64,000 nt of DNA from Spirochaetaceae bacterium (GCA_965224705.1 OZ245056.1:1408001-1472000); one strand, 5' to 3'; positions 46,423-56,984 are shown, numbered from the stretch's first letter. Numbers and translations are program-made. Notes: generated by a model from the letters alone, not told the origin.

Positions 46423-46600
46423 CCCGCATACGGCGTCGAAAAAGCCGCTTGAAATACTCATGTATACACATCGTCCAGGAGTCTGTCGGATTTTAAGGAT
46501 TCGAGGCGATTTTGATGATTTCTCCTGATGCTGTCTCAACCAAATTCTCATTGAAAATGAAGCGTGTGTCAAGCCTTTATATGAAAAAGCCATTTTCTAT
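46423..46600. repeat. Composite of repeat fragments M2 (46423-46473), M1 left end (46474-46531) and M3 (46541-46600)
   Basis: Matches by eye to 34519-34570, 7937-7997 and 32879-32940. Confidence 0.75.
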
Positions 46601-46709
46601 GTTTTAGACATACCCTAAAACAGGAATCTTGGCCCATTTCTTCTATGCCGTTTTTTGTTCAGGGAAGAAACGAATTCTTGAGATGGGGTTGGTCCGCTCC
46701 GGTCTTCTT

Positions 46710-46928
46710 ATGATGAAAACAATGCAGCGGATGCGGCCTCTTTTCATTGTGGTTTCAGATAAGGAGCGGCTTGTTGGACGAATTCATGGCTATAGCGACG
46801 GTTCCTTTTTTCATATACAATTACCTCGTCCTTATCCGATGATTCCCGGGATGCAGGTGAGTCTTTCAGACTCCAGCGGTAGAGAGACGTATTTCAAGCT
46901 TTTTACCCCGGATCAGTCGACCGATTGA
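46710..46928 (+). CDS. Short hypothetical protein; start uncertain, may continue in another frame to 47080
   Basis: ORF only; no recognised motif. Confidence 0.3.
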   Translation: MMKTMQRMRPLFIVVSDKERLVGRIHGYSDGSFFHIQLPRPYPMIPGMQVSLSDSSGRETYFKLFTPDQSTD

Positions 46929-47076
46929 TGATGAGGCGGTTCAATTCTGAAATCAAACGTCGGTCAACCCCCTCCGGGGATATTGAAACAGTGGCTGTTT
47001 CGTTGGAAATACCTGAAATTCCTGGATCAGGTGAAAAACTCAGGGTGAAGAAGGATGGAATAACGAGGGTTGTGAT

Positions 47077-47721
47077 GTGAGAAATTTGTTATATACAGGA
47101 TTATTGCTTTTGCTGTACATCATGATTGGCTGCAGCGAATCATCTCCAGTGATAGAGCAGGTGGATTGGCGGGTTATTCACCGCAACCAGGACTTTCAGC
47201 GTGAAGAGTTATACCTTTTTGTTCGCATGTCAGATCCTGATGATGATGATGACCCGAACTTGATAACTGTCATTGCTGAAGGGACAGGATTTCAGTGGAA
47301 TTTTTCTCGAAGCGAGTGGATATTTATTGAAACTGATGGGGGGGATTTCTGGGGTATGCCGGGAATGATTCCATACTCCGGAAAGAGCCTGCCGAACGTG
47401 TTGTATACGGTTCGACTTACAGATTTAGCTGGTCAGACCGATGAAACGAAATTCCGACTGACATCAGACAGGGTTTCAATCACAGATATCAACTGGCCCG
47501 TTGTGAATGTTTCCAATGGCGTGCTCAGATACTCCGGGAAATATGATAAGCCGGTATTAATACTGCGTTCCAGTGATATGGATATGATTCACAAAACTCG
47601 TGCTTTTAATGGGTATGCACTCCCTGCAGGTCTCAGAGCCGTATGGTGGGAAATCTGGATCAGTCTTGACGATAAAGGCAGCGGTATCCGCATTGGTCCC
47701 CGGCGTTTACCGGTTCCATAA
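47077..47721 (+). CDS. Hypothetical lipoprotein
   Basis: Hydrophobic N-terminus with lipobox MIGC. Confidence 0.7.
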   Translation: MRNLLYTGLLLLLYIMIGCSESSPVIEQVDWRVIHRNQDFQREELYLFVRMSDPDDDDDPNLITVIAEGTGFQWNFSRSEWIFIETDGGDFWGMPGMIPYSGKSLPNVLYTVRLTDLAGQTDETKFRLTSDRVSITDINWPVVNVSNGVLRYSGKYDKPVLILRSSDMDMIHKTRAFNGYALPAGLRAVWWEIWISLDDKGSGIRIGPRRLPVP

Positions 47722-49287
47722 GAAAGGGATCCATCGAAACCACTTATTGAATGGTTTTCTACCATGAGCAGCCGCATAATCGGAGGCCGCTTTATCCAGT
47801 GGATACAATGATCCGCACTGTTCTTTGAGACTGTGCCAGTGCTTGATTATCCAGATATACAGATCGGCCTCGGTTCTACCCGGGAAACGAGAGAGAATTT
47901 TTTCCCTGCGTACTATTTCCACAATGGGGATGTAGAGATTGCGGTGCCAGGAATGTACAGCCTCTTGAAAAGAGATTTCATCATTTTTTTCAAGGCTCAT
48001 ATAGTATTTGTGTCCTTCCAGATGATTCAATACTTCATGCCAGCGGCCAGGGGTTGTAAATGCAATCGTTTCTACGGGAATCATTTGATCAATACCTGTT
48101 TGTCCAAGCACACATTGCCGTTCCCACTCAATGACAGCTTTGAGTATTTCATCTCTTGTGGCATTTGCACTGATGGACAGTTCTGATGTGAGTTCTATCA
48201 CCTCCGCATCAATTGCAAGGACACCCTGGGTCAGCGCAACAGAAACACGATGATTTCCATCCCTTACGAAATACACATCGCCGATTTTCAGCAGCTTTAC
48301 TGGCGGAAGAACAACATCTGTGAGGTATGCACTGTCTATGCGCATCCAGCGATAGCGTAGATGCTCCTTCCTTGGAAAGAAATGACGGCTGAAATCCCGG
48401 TATCGATCTTCACTTCCCGCTATGGACTTTATTGGTACAGTCTGCATCCCAAGGTATTTTTCCCCACTTGTTTTAACCAGTTTCTTAATATCATGGAATG
48501 CCAGCAGCTGCCCTGCCTGTGGATTGACAATACTGCGCAGAGATTCCATCCAGGCCAGCAGTTTTGCTTTGTTGAAATCCTGCTCTACCAGGTTATTCAA
48601 GTATGGTTTGTTTTCCATCCCCTTCTCCCAATCGAAGATGATATGATTATATGCATTAACAATCCTTGTATTATAGAACTCAGACTGCCTCTGAGCATTG
48701 ATATCGTATAAATGAACGTGTCCATGTATCAGATAGCGCGGCTTGAATAGTTTTATAAACCATAGAAAGCATTTAAATCCCTGATGACATGGATCTTCGC
48801 GATCGTGAATTCCTTTTGGAGCAGCGTGTGTAACGAGTAAATCAGCCCATCGTCCATACGAAATCCGGTATATCATCATATGGGGGATAAGCTTGAGTAT
48901 TCTGAAAAACATTTGCAGCTCAGTATACTGGTGTTCTTCATTATTGTATCTTTGACTCCCACCCAGTCCTGCAATTATAATCCCGGTTTTTTTATCTCTC
49001 CTGATCGTACCATCCACACAGCATGATCCATAACTCATTGCGATTGAATTTTTTATATGGTCTGGAGGATATGTTTTTTGAGTTGGATGAAACATTGAAA
49101 GACCTGTCAGATTGTGATTTCCGAACACAAAATACAGAGGTTTGTTCAGGCAGGAGACTATGTATTCATAGTAGGAAATATCAAGATCTCCGGCTCCAAT
49201 AACAAAGTCAACCGTGTTAAATCTTTCTTTGATATTATGAGAATAGACAAGCGGATCTACATGATCCGCAACAGCCAATACCCTCAT
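47707..49287 (-). CDS. Metallophosphoesterase fused to a ParB-like/DUF4032-like domain
   Basis: AVADH, GAGDL, VFGNHN, VTHAAP, IHGHVH; second half PPVKLLKIGDVYFVRDGNHRVSVA and FPGRTEADLYIW. Confidence 0.85.
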   Translation of the reverse strand: MRVLAVADHVDPLVYSHNIKERFNTVDFVIGAGDLDISYYEYIVSCLNKPLYFVFGNHNLTGLSMFHPTQKTYPPDHIKNSIAMSYGSCCVDGTIRRDKKTGIIIAGLGGSQRYNNEEHQYTELQMFFRILKLIPHMMIYRISYGRWADLLVTHAAPKGIHDREDPCHQGFKCFLWFIKLFKPRYLIHGHVHLYDINAQRQSEFYNTRIVNAYNHIIFDWEKGMENKPYLNNLVEQDFNKAKLLAWMESLRSIVNPQAGQLLAFHDIKKLVKTSGEKYLGMQTVPIKSIAGSEDRYRDFSRHFFPRKEHLRYRWMRIDSAYLTDVVLPPVKLLKIGDVYFVRDGNHRVSVALTQGVLAIDAEVIELTSELSISANATRDEILKAVIEWERQCVLGQTGIDQMIPVETIAFTTPGRWHEVLNHLEGHKYYMSLEKNDEISFQEAVHSWHRNLYIPIVEIVRREKILSRFPGRTEADLYIWIIKHWHSLKEQCGSLYPLDKAASDYAAAHGRKPFNKWFRWIPFLWNR

Positions 49288-50669
49288 TTCCTGCTCTTTG
49301 AAATTACAGCCATTCTTTTGAGATACGATATCAGTTTTGATTTGTCAATCACTTCTATCGTACGACTTTTTGCGTAATCCTTTGCGGAGTATGTCACATC
49401 AGCGCTGGTAATAATATAACCATTTTTTATACCTTTTTTCTGCAGATACTCCTGGAATATACGCAAAGTTTTTACATCTATATCTTCCATACTTCTGAGA
49501 ATTCTAAAGCATCTCTGGGATTGCATTTCATTGAGCCACCGTTTTGGTTTTTTTGATTCAGCAAGTATCTGGGCACCATCTCTTATTGGTTTATAGCTGG
49601 TTACATTATAACCTGATACTTCAATAATCTGATGGCAAATCCTTTCAAATTCCTCAGGAGAAGCCGTTATAAAGTCTAATAATGAATCGTGTTTTTTTAG
49701 ATCCCTGTACTGATTTAATTTTGCAGGAACATCACGGAAATTCTTATTTATCTGATGAATCATTTCCCACTGCTCAAGTGCTTCTTCCAGATTATTCAAT
49801 TTCTCATGGCATTGTGATAGAAAGTAACGGGCAAACAATGTTCTGTTTGACTCCCGGTCATCGCCTGGAGATTCAATTGCGTGTTCAAAATTTATCTGAG
49901 CCTTTCCGGCATTGCCAAGGGACATATAGCATAATCCTCTTTCGATGAGGGAAGCCTGTCTCATTTCATGATCATGGTATGAAATATCAAATGATGAAAT
50001 GGCCTGTCTGTAATTTCTGTGGTCTTTGTAAAGACATCCAAGATAAAAGTGAGCTTTGCAGTCATTTGGTGAAAGTTCAATAGCCTTTTCCAGGGCCGGT
50101 TTTGCTTCGGCAGGGTTTTGTGCATTGTACATCACCTGACCATAGGCCCTGTAAGCATCTCTATGTATGGGGTTGTATTTGATCGTCTGTTTGTAGTAAT
50201 GTGCTGCTTTATTGGATTCATTTTGCTTTTCAAACAACTGACCAGCTTGATAGTAGTATCTGGCTTCGACAGGGGCGAGTTTTATGAGTAAAAGGTATTC
50301 CTTGAGAGCCTCCACTTCTTCGCCGAATTCTATATATAGAGAAGCAATCGCTTCTCTGAAATCCTGCTCTCGGCAGATACCTGAAAAAATGGAGTGCTTG
50401 TTGACTATCCTGTATTCCTGTAATGCCATTTTTTTCTCGCCTGCCAGCTCATAGGATTTGCCCAGGAGGTAATGAGCATCATAGTTCTGGGGATCTTTTT
50501 CCAGGAGCTTCTTTGCATAGTTGATTGCTTGAGGATATCGGCCATTTGAGATGATATCCTGTAATCCAGTTATTCTCTTTGGAGCCAGATTGATTATGAT
50601 TATACGAACCAGGAGCCCTAAAATGGTAGAAGAGAGAATGATCAGAAAAACAAGTATACCAATATCCAT
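49284..50669 (-). CDS. Membrane-anchored TPR protein with possible C-terminal Mrr-like domain
   Basis: N-terminal TM helix, multiple TPRs, EEFERICHQII...GYIITSADVTYSAKDYAKSRTIEVID. Confidence 0.75.
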   Translation of the reverse strand: MDIGILVFLIILSSTILGLLVRIIIINLAPKRITGLQDIISNGRYPQAINYAKKLLEKDPQNYDAHYLLGKSYELAGEKKMALQEYRIVNKHSIFSGICREQDFREAIASLYIEFGEEVEALKEYLLLIKLAPVEARYYYQAGQLFEKQNESNKAAHYYKQTIKYNPIHRDAYRAYGQVMYNAQNPAEAKPALEKAIELSPNDCKAHFYLGCLYKDHRNYRQAISSFDISYHDHEMRQASLIERGLCYMSLGNAGKAQINFEHAIESPGDDRESNRTLFARYFLSQCHEKLNNLEEALEQWEMIHQINKNFRDVPAKLNQYRDLKKHDSLLDFITASPEEFERICHQIIEVSGYNVTSYKPIRDGAQILAESKKPKRWLNEMQSQRCFRILRSMEDIDVKTLRIFQEYLQKKGIKNGYIITSADVTYSAKDYAKSRTIEVIDKSKLISYLKRMAVISKSRK

Positions 50670-50682
50670 CACAGAAACCAGT

Positions 50683-51411
50683 ATGTCAGATACAGGGACT
50701 GATGTCAAACGAGCCGCAGGGAGCCTATTATTGATTATCCTGGTGTTCTGTACTGATATTTCTCTGGGAGCTCTTTCTGCTGATGAATGGTTTGAAAAGG
50801 GAATTGAGGCTTTCAAGTGGCGGAGAATTGATGATGCTGCCGCTTGTTTCATCAAAGCAGAAGAGGAGAACCCGTCTTCTCCAGTTTATCCATTCTATGC
50901 CGGCCTTTGTTATCATCAAAGTGGCCGATTCACCGACGCAGAAGCTGCATATGAAAGAAGTCTGTCTCTTGGCGGTGATACGGACGATGTTTTGCTGAAT
51001 CGCGGCAATCTCCGGTGGAAAAGAGGAAACATTCAGGGTGCAGTGGAAGACTACACAACGGTTATTGAGGGTGGAGGAAAGAATGTTTCGTCTGCTTTGC
51101 TGAACAGAGCCAACCTGGAGCTCAATCAGGAGAAGTATGATGAATCCGTCAGGGACTACTCATTATATTTGAAAAGAGAACCTGATTCCCCTGACCGGAA
51201 AAAAATTGAAAAAGTAATTGCCCTGGTGAATGAAAAAATCCAGGAAGCCATGATAGCCGAAGCACGACGCATTCAGGAGGAAGCTCGTCGACAGGCTTTA
51301 TTGGAAGAAGTGAGAGGCTCGCTTGGGGATAGTGGAGAAAACACTAAGAGTATCAGTGCTGGTTCCGAGAATCTACGAGAAGAATTTGAAGAATCGGATT
51401 TGGAGGACTAA
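50683..51411 (+). CDS. Exported TPR protein (start uncertain)
   Basis: Signal-like segment, TPR helices (YAGLCYHQSG, LLNRGNL). Confidence 0.75.
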   Translation: MSDTGTDVKRAAGSLLLIILVFCTDISLGALSADEWFEKGIEAFKWRRIDDAAACFIKAEEENPSSPVYPFYAGLCYHQSGRFTDAEAAYERSLSLGGDTDDVLLNRGNLRWKRGNIQGAVEDYTTVIEGGGKNVSSALLNRANLELNQEKYDESVRDYSLYLKREPDSPDRKKIEKVIALVNEKIQEAMIAEARRIQEEARRQALLEEVRGSLGDSGENTKSISAGSENLREEFEESDLED

Positions 51412-53453
51412 TGATGAACAGGAAGTCCATGTTGACAGTTATCGCAGGTACCCTGCTGGTGGTTGTTCTATTCAGTCTTCTTCTCATTGCTCTGAACAGG
51501 GGCGATGGCAGAAGTGAGAGCGAAACAGGTTCGACCCTGAGTACAGTGGAAAGAGATAATCTACTGACTCTAGTACGGAACTATTATGAACGGGGTGAAT
51601 ACCAGATGGCATTGGAGCTGTTGAATGAGTTATTGATAGCAGATTCCAGTGATGAAGAAGCCGAGAGTCTGCTGGATGAAATCCTTACCGCCAGAAACGA
51701 CAGCAGTGAAGCTTCAAATAGTTCAGAACTCAGTGAACTCGAAGAGCAGAATGAGAATTCTGAGAAACAGCTGCTGAGCCAGACGAATTCTCAAGTCCAG
51801 GAAGATCCGGAAGAACGGGCTGCAAGGCTGGAAGCAGAAGAACAACGCCGTAAAGAAAGGGAAATCAAGAAGAAAGAGGCGGATAATCATGTTCAAAATG
51901 CCAGGAAGGCACTGGCCAGGGGTCAATTTGATGACGCTGTAGCCGAAGCTGATAATGCACTCCGTATTATCCCCGATTCTTCAGAAGCTGCTCAGATAAA
52001 AAAAGAAGCGGAACAGGCAAAACGAGATGCTGAGAGTGCGGAAGAACGTCGGATACGTGAGGAAAGAGAAAAAGAGCTGGTAAGAATTCTCAGTGATGCT
52101 CAGGATGCACTGGAATCCAAAAACTACTCCAGTGCACGTCGTTCAGCGGATTTGGCGAAGGAAATTGATCCTGCTTCCAATAAGCCATGGGTAATAGAAG
52201 GTGATGCATGGTTCCAGGAGAATCCGGACAGTCAGAAAAACAGACAGTTGGCCAGAGACTCATATGAAGAGGCACTTGACCTGGATCCTGCCGACTGGAT
52301 TCCTCACTATCGGCTTGGTCAAATTGCTGCATCTGAAGGTGATCTTGATGATGCTATAGAACACTATGAGAAAGCCGTCAGTCTAAACCGATCCGCCACG
52401 GAAATATTATATGAACTGGGTAAGGCCCAATACCGGGATAAACGTTACCGTGATGCAAGCAAATCCTTTGAAAGAGTTTCAAGTTTAGAGCCTGACTTGA
52501 AGAGTAACTGGTTCAACCTGGGATTGAGTTTTTTAAAGATTGAACAGGTGGCTGATGCAGAGCGGGCATTCAAGGAAAGCATTCAGATTCGGCCGGATCA
52601 TGCTGCCAGCTACTACGAACTTGGTCACATTCAACTTGGAAGAGACAGGTGGCAGGAAGCAGCCGATTCATTTACCATGGCTGCGAATCTTGTTCCACGA
52701 AATGTTTCTTACTGGCGTGGATTGGGAGTTGCCTATTTCAGGGATGAGTCGTTTGAAAATGCGAGAAATGCTTATGAAACAGCAGTAAGTCTTACACCCG
52801 ACCATGGGGATACTCATTACAATCTGGCTTTGATCAGCATCAAACTCAAGGATATCAACAGTGCACTTGAACATGCTGCTGAGGCCGTGAAATCTGATAG
52901 AAGTAATCCGGTTTACTATTACACTCTGGGTCTGGCTGCTCAGGAAGCCGGTCTCCGGGATGATGCAATTGACAGTTACAGGCAAGCTGCCGCATTGGAT
53001 GCTCGCTACTCAAAACCCCTCATCAATCTTGGAGTTCTTCTTAATGAATCTGGTGAATACGACCAGGCTCTTGAAATATTGCTCAGGGCATTCCGCATCG
53101 AACCCAATGCAGTAACGGTCTGGAATAATCTTGGAAAAGTGTATCTCCATAAGAAAAACTACACAGACAGTCTCAGGTTTTTTCAAAAGGCTGTTGCCCA
53201 GGAACCGAATGATCCGGAATTGCAGATGAACCTGGCCCTTGTTTTGACGGAGAACAACAACACAGATGAGGCAATTCGTGCCTATAAGAAAGTCCTTCTC
53301 CTGGAGCCTTCCAACAGTATTGCCTATGATAAATTAGCAAGAGTGTACTTCTCCACAGGGAAGACAGCTGAAGCAAAAAGAGTTGTTTCTGATCTTGAGA
53401 AGCAGAACCCCGATTATCCAGGATTGAGTGATCTGAAGTCCCTGCTGCTCTGA
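51411..53453 (+). CDS. Membrane-anchored multi-TPR protein
   Basis: GGAGG RBS, N-terminal TM helix, more than 10 TPR motifs. Confidence 0.88.
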   Translation: MMNRKSMLTVIAGTLLVVVLFSLLLIALNRGDGRSESETGSTLSTVERDNLLTLVRNYYERGEYQMALELLNELLIADSSDEEAESLLDEILTARNDSSEASNSSELSELEEQNENSEKQLLSQTNSQVQEDPEERAARLEAEEQRRKEREIKKKEADNHVQNARKALARGQFDDAVAEADNALRIIPDSSEAAQIKKEAEQAKRDAESAEERRIREEREKELVRILSDAQDALESKNYSSARRSADLAKEIDPASNKPWVIEGDAWFQENPDSQKNRQLARDSYEEALDLDPADWIPHYRLGQIAASEGDLDDAIEHYEKAVSLNRSATEILYELGKAQYRDKRYRDASKSFERVSSLEPDLKSNWFNLGLSFLKIEQVADAERAFKESIQIRPDHAASYYELGHIQLGRDRWQEAADSFTMAANLVPRNVSYWRGLGVAYFRDESFENARNAYETAVSLTPDHGDTHYNLALISIKLKDINSALEHAAEAVKSDRSNPVYYYTLGLAAQEAGLRDDAIDSYRQAAALDARYSKPLINLGVLLNESGEYDQALEILLRAFRIEPNAVTVWNNLGKVYLHKKNYTDSLRFFQKAVAQEPNDPELQMNLALVLTENNNTDEAIRAYKKVLLLEPSNSIAYDKLARVYFSTGKTAEAKRVVSDLEKQNPDYPGLSDLKSLLL

Positions 53454-53575
53454 GGACGGGTTCAGGACACAGATAATCTCACTGATTGACCTGCGACGGA
53501 TACCGGGAGGGAATCGGCCAATGAGGCGGACGTCATCATGAGATTTGCGAAAAAGTTGACTGTTACCCCCCCCCC

Positions 53576-53604
53576 TTGAATAAATAAAAAAAGCCAATTA
53601 CAAT
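53576..53604 (+). promoter_or_regulatory. Promoter of tctCBA
   Basis: TTGAAT-17 bp-TACAAT, directly preceded by a C10 tract. Confidence 0.65.
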
Positions 53605-53728
53605 ACAAAGAACAATTCCATTATGAAGTTTTTCGATGAATTCGATAGCGATAAACTCAATAGAATTCGATAGGATTGAATTGCTGATAAAAATCGTCAG
53701 CAATAAGAGCTAATTAAGGAGGAAAACC

Positions 53729-54718
53729 ATGAAAAAGCTCGCATTAGTAATTCTGGTTCTGATACTGCCGATTGTCACGACAGCGGCAAACGGGACCGGG
53801 GACGATGATGAAATGGGGATAGAGGAAATTCATTTCCTAATCCCGGGAGGTGCTGGAGGAGGCTGGGATACCACCGCACGCGGTGTGGGTCAGGTTTTGA
53901 GCACGACAGGACTCATCAAAACGGCTTCATACGAGAATATGTCCGGCGGCGGCGGCGGGGTAGCCATTGCCTACCTGATCAAGACAGCCAACTCAAAAGT
54001 AGCCCAGCGTACCCTGATGGTTAATTCCACCCCCATCATCACCCGGTCGCTTTCCAAAGTCTTTCCCCAGTCGTTTAGAGACATAGTTCCGGTAGCCGGT
54101 GTAATTGCCGATTATCAGTGCTTTGTCGTGCCGGTTGATTCGCCCTTTCGCATGTGGCAGGATGTCGTTGATACCTTTATGGCGGATCCCACCTCGGTCA
54201 AGATTGCGGGAGGCTCCGCAGTCGGCAGCCTGGATCACATAGTGGCAGCTCTGGCCTTCAAGCAGTCCGGCGGCGATCCATCCATGGTGGAATACATTGC
54301 CTACGATGCTGGTGGAGAAGCCATGACAGCCCTGCTCTCAGGTGAAACCGGTCTGTTATCCACAGGTGCGGGCGAGGCACTGGAACTGGCCAAAGCCGGT
54401 CAGGTGCGCATACTGAGTGTCACTGCCGAAGAACGGCTAGGTGCGGCCCCCGATGTCCCCACCTTGACCGAGCAGGGATTTGATGTCGTCTTTGCCAATT
54501 GGCGGGGATTCTTTGCTCCTCCGGGAACATCGGTCGAACAGGTTGCCGCCTACAACGAAATCTTTGCCAGCATGTACGACACCCAGGAATGGGAGGCAAT
54601 GCGCAGCAAGAACGGTTGGGTGAACACCTATAAGAATCAGGACGAATTTGTTCCTTTCCTGGAAGAACAAGAAAAAGCTATCGGCACGCTGATGCGTGAA
54701 CTGGGCTTTATCGAATAA
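53729..54718 (+). CDS. tctC: Tripartite tricarboxylate transporter substrate-binding protein
   Basis: IPGGAGGGWDTTAR, ENMSGGGG, VPTLTEQG, NWRGFFAPPG. Confidence 0.92.
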   Translation: MKKLALVILVLILPIVTTAANGTGDDDEMGIEEIHFLIPGGAGGGWDTTARGVGQVLSTTGLIKTASYENMSGGGGGVAIAYLIKTANSKVAQRTLMVNSTPIITRSLSKVFPQSFRDIVPVAGVIADYQCFVVPVDSPFRMWQDVVDTFMADPTSVKIAGGSAVGSLDHIVAALAFKQSGGDPSMVEYIAYDAGGEAMTALLSGETGLLSTGAGEALELAKAGQVRILSVTAEERLGAAPDVPTLTEQGFDVVFANWRGFFAPPGTSVEQVAAYNEIFASMYDTQEWEAMRSKNGWVNTYKNQDEFVPFLEEQEKAIGTLMRELGFIE

Positions 54719-54721
54719 TCC

Positions 54722-55225
54722 ATGAAAACCATCAGCAAACAAATTGCTGGCGGATTGATCTTCCTTGCCATCTCCCTTTTTTACGGGATTAAGGCAAGGG
54801 GGATTGAACTCTTCTTTTATAAAGAAGGGCAGATATTCACAGCCCGTACCATACCCTATGCCCTGAGCATACTGGGAATCATCTTTTCTGTCCTCTACCT
54901 GATATTTCCCATTGTACGGCTGCTGCGGCTTCAAAAGAAATCAGTGCCAGGCCACAGCGGCGATACCGAAGGCAATGATGCGGCCAGCCATGATTGGAAA
55001 ACAGTCGTTATGCTGCTGATACTCATGATCCTCTATGTGACAATGTTTTCGCTTCTTGGCTTTATTATTGCCACCATCGCCTTTTTGATGGGCGGCTTTT
55101 TTATTATGGGCAAACGCAGATGGAAGGCCCTTCTTATTGTCCCGACTGCTATCGTCGTTATATTCTGGCTGCTGGTAGAAGTATTGCTGAATATCCATCT
55201 GATGAGCGGTAGTTTATGGATGTAG
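54722..55225 (+). CDS. tctB: Tripartite tricarboxylate transporter small membrane subunit
   Basis: Small multi-TM protein, LGFIIAT motif, lies between tctC and tctA. Confidence 0.85.
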   Translation: MKTISKQIAGGLIFLAISLFYGIKARGIELFFYKEGQIFTARTIPYALSILGIIFSVLYLIFPIVRLLRLQKKSVPGHSGDTEGNDAASHDWKTVVMLLILMILYVTMFSLLGFIIATIAFLMGGFFIMGKRRWKALLIVPTAIVVIFWLLVEVLLNIHLMSGSLWM

Positions 55226-55325
55226 ACCTTGCTGGATGAACTGATGCTGCAGCAAAGCCGGTCAGGCAGGCCCTGGCCATGGAATTCTAATCTAAAAGTA
55301 TATAAAGTACATAGGAAGAATAATT

Positions 55326-56843
55326 ATGTTTGAAGGAATTACAAGCGGATTATTTACCGTATTCAATCCGATCAACCTTCTTATGGTAATCATCGGCTGC
55401 TTTGCGGGAACCTTTGTGGGCCTGCTTCCCGGACTGGGGCCCATCACGGCCATCGCACTGATGATCCCGGTAACCTATGGTCTGGCCCCCTCTTCGGGAC
55501 TTATTCTTATGGCCGGGGTTTACTATGGGGCAATTTTCGGCGGATCGACATCGTCCATCCTTATAAATGCACCGGGTGTAGCGGCCACCGTGGCCACCTC
55601 ATTCGACGGCTATCCTCTGGCAAAGAAGGGATATGCCGCCAAGGCCCTGAGCGTTGCCGCCTACTGCTCATTCACCGGCGGTACCATTGGGGCCATACTT
55701 CTGTTGGTGGCTGCACCCCTACTCTCCCGGGTTTCGCTTAGTTTTCAGTCCTCGGATTATTTTGCTCTGATGATGCTGGGATTAACCGCCGTAGCGGCCT
55801 TTTCGGGCCGGGGCAACTTCCTGAAAGGAATGATGATGACCGTACTGGGACTCATGCTGGCTACCATCGGCACCGACCTTTCCACAGGAGTACAGCGCTT
55901 TGTTTTTGGAAACATGAATCTGGTCGATGGAATTAGCTTTCTTCTTGTGGTTATGGCCACCTTTGCCATTGGAGAAGTTCTTTCGAATGTATTCAATGCC
56001 GAAAAACTCACTCACGATCAACAAAAAGCCCTTTCGTCCAAAATGGGAAAAATGCGCCTTAGTAAACAGGAAGTCAAGGAGATTGCCCCGGCAGCCGGCC
56101 GCTCATCGCTGCTGGGATTCATCGTGGGCGTGCTCCCCGGAGCCGGTGCCACCATAGCCAGCTTTCTCGCCTACGGCATGGAGCGCAGCATCGCCAAACC
56201 CGACAAACAAAAAGAGTTTGGTAGGGGCAGTCTACGCGGGCTTGCCGCCCCGGAAGCCGCCAACAATGCCGCCTCTTCAGGATCATTTGTACCCCTGCTC
56301 ACACTGGGAATACCTGGATCGGGAACCACTGCGGTCATGCTGGGAGCTCTAATATCTTTTGGCGTACAGCCAGGTCCGCGCCTGATGGTAGACAACCCCG
56401 AAGTATTCTGGTCGGTAATCATCTCCATGTATGCGGGCAACATCATCCTGCTCATCCTCAATCTTCCCCTGATACCCTACATTGCGAAACTGCTTGCCAT
56501 ACCACGCCCCTACCTGCTGCCCATGATCCTTTTTCTGTCCCTGATTGGAGTCTACCTTATATCATTCAACTTTTTTGAAATGTTTCTTATGGTGGGTTTA
56601 GCGGCGGCGGCCTTTGTACTGCGTCTCCTGGATTTTCCTATGCCGCCCCTTATACTTGGCTTCGTGCTCGGAGGAATGATGGAAGAAAACATCCGCCGTT
56701 CTGTTACCATCCATAATAATTCCCTGTCCTTTATCTGGAAACGCCCAATCACCCTGACCCTGTTGATAATCACCGCCATCCTGCTGCTGCTGCCCATGAT
56801 CCGTGCATTCTTATCGTGGCTCAAGGAACACAGGCAATCATAA
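55326..56843 (+). CDS. tctA: Tripartite tricarboxylate transporter large membrane subunit
   Basis: GLLPGLGP, YYGAIFGGSTSSILINAPG, APEAANNA, PLLTLGIPGS. Confidence 0.95.
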   Translation: MFEGITSGLFTVFNPINLLMVIIGCFAGTFVGLLPGLGPITAIALMIPVTYGLAPSSGLILMAGVYYGAIFGGSTSSILINAPGVAATVATSFDGYPLAKKGYAAKALSVAAYCSFTGGTIGAILLLVAAPLLSRVSLSFQSSDYFALMMLGLTAVAAFSGRGNFLKGMMMTVLGLMLATIGTDLSTGVQRFVFGNMNLVDGISFLLVVMATFAIGEVLSNVFNAEKLTHDQQKALSSKMGKMRLSKQEVKEIAPAAGRSSLLGFIVGVLPGAGATIASFLAYGMERSIAKPDKQKEFGRGSLRGLAAPEAANNAASSGSFVPLLTLGIPGSGTTAVMLGALISFGVQPGPRLMVDNPEVFWSVIISMYAGNIILLILNLPLIPYIAKLLAIPRPYLLPMILFLSLIGVYLISFNFFEMFLMVGLAAAAFVLRLLDFPMPPLILGFVLGGMMEENIRRSVTIHNNSLSFIWKRPITLTLLIITAILLLLPMIRAFLSWLKEHRQS

Positions 56844-56984
56844 GTAGAGAATCCAATGTCAACCAAACCCATTGAACTCTCCCGGGTTTTAAATTCTCAA
56901 GGGTTGAAGAACTGCTTTTATTGAGGTAGTCTTTGACTGAAGAGTTGATCAGTCAATTGGTTGAGATAAAAAGGAGAACGTGTC

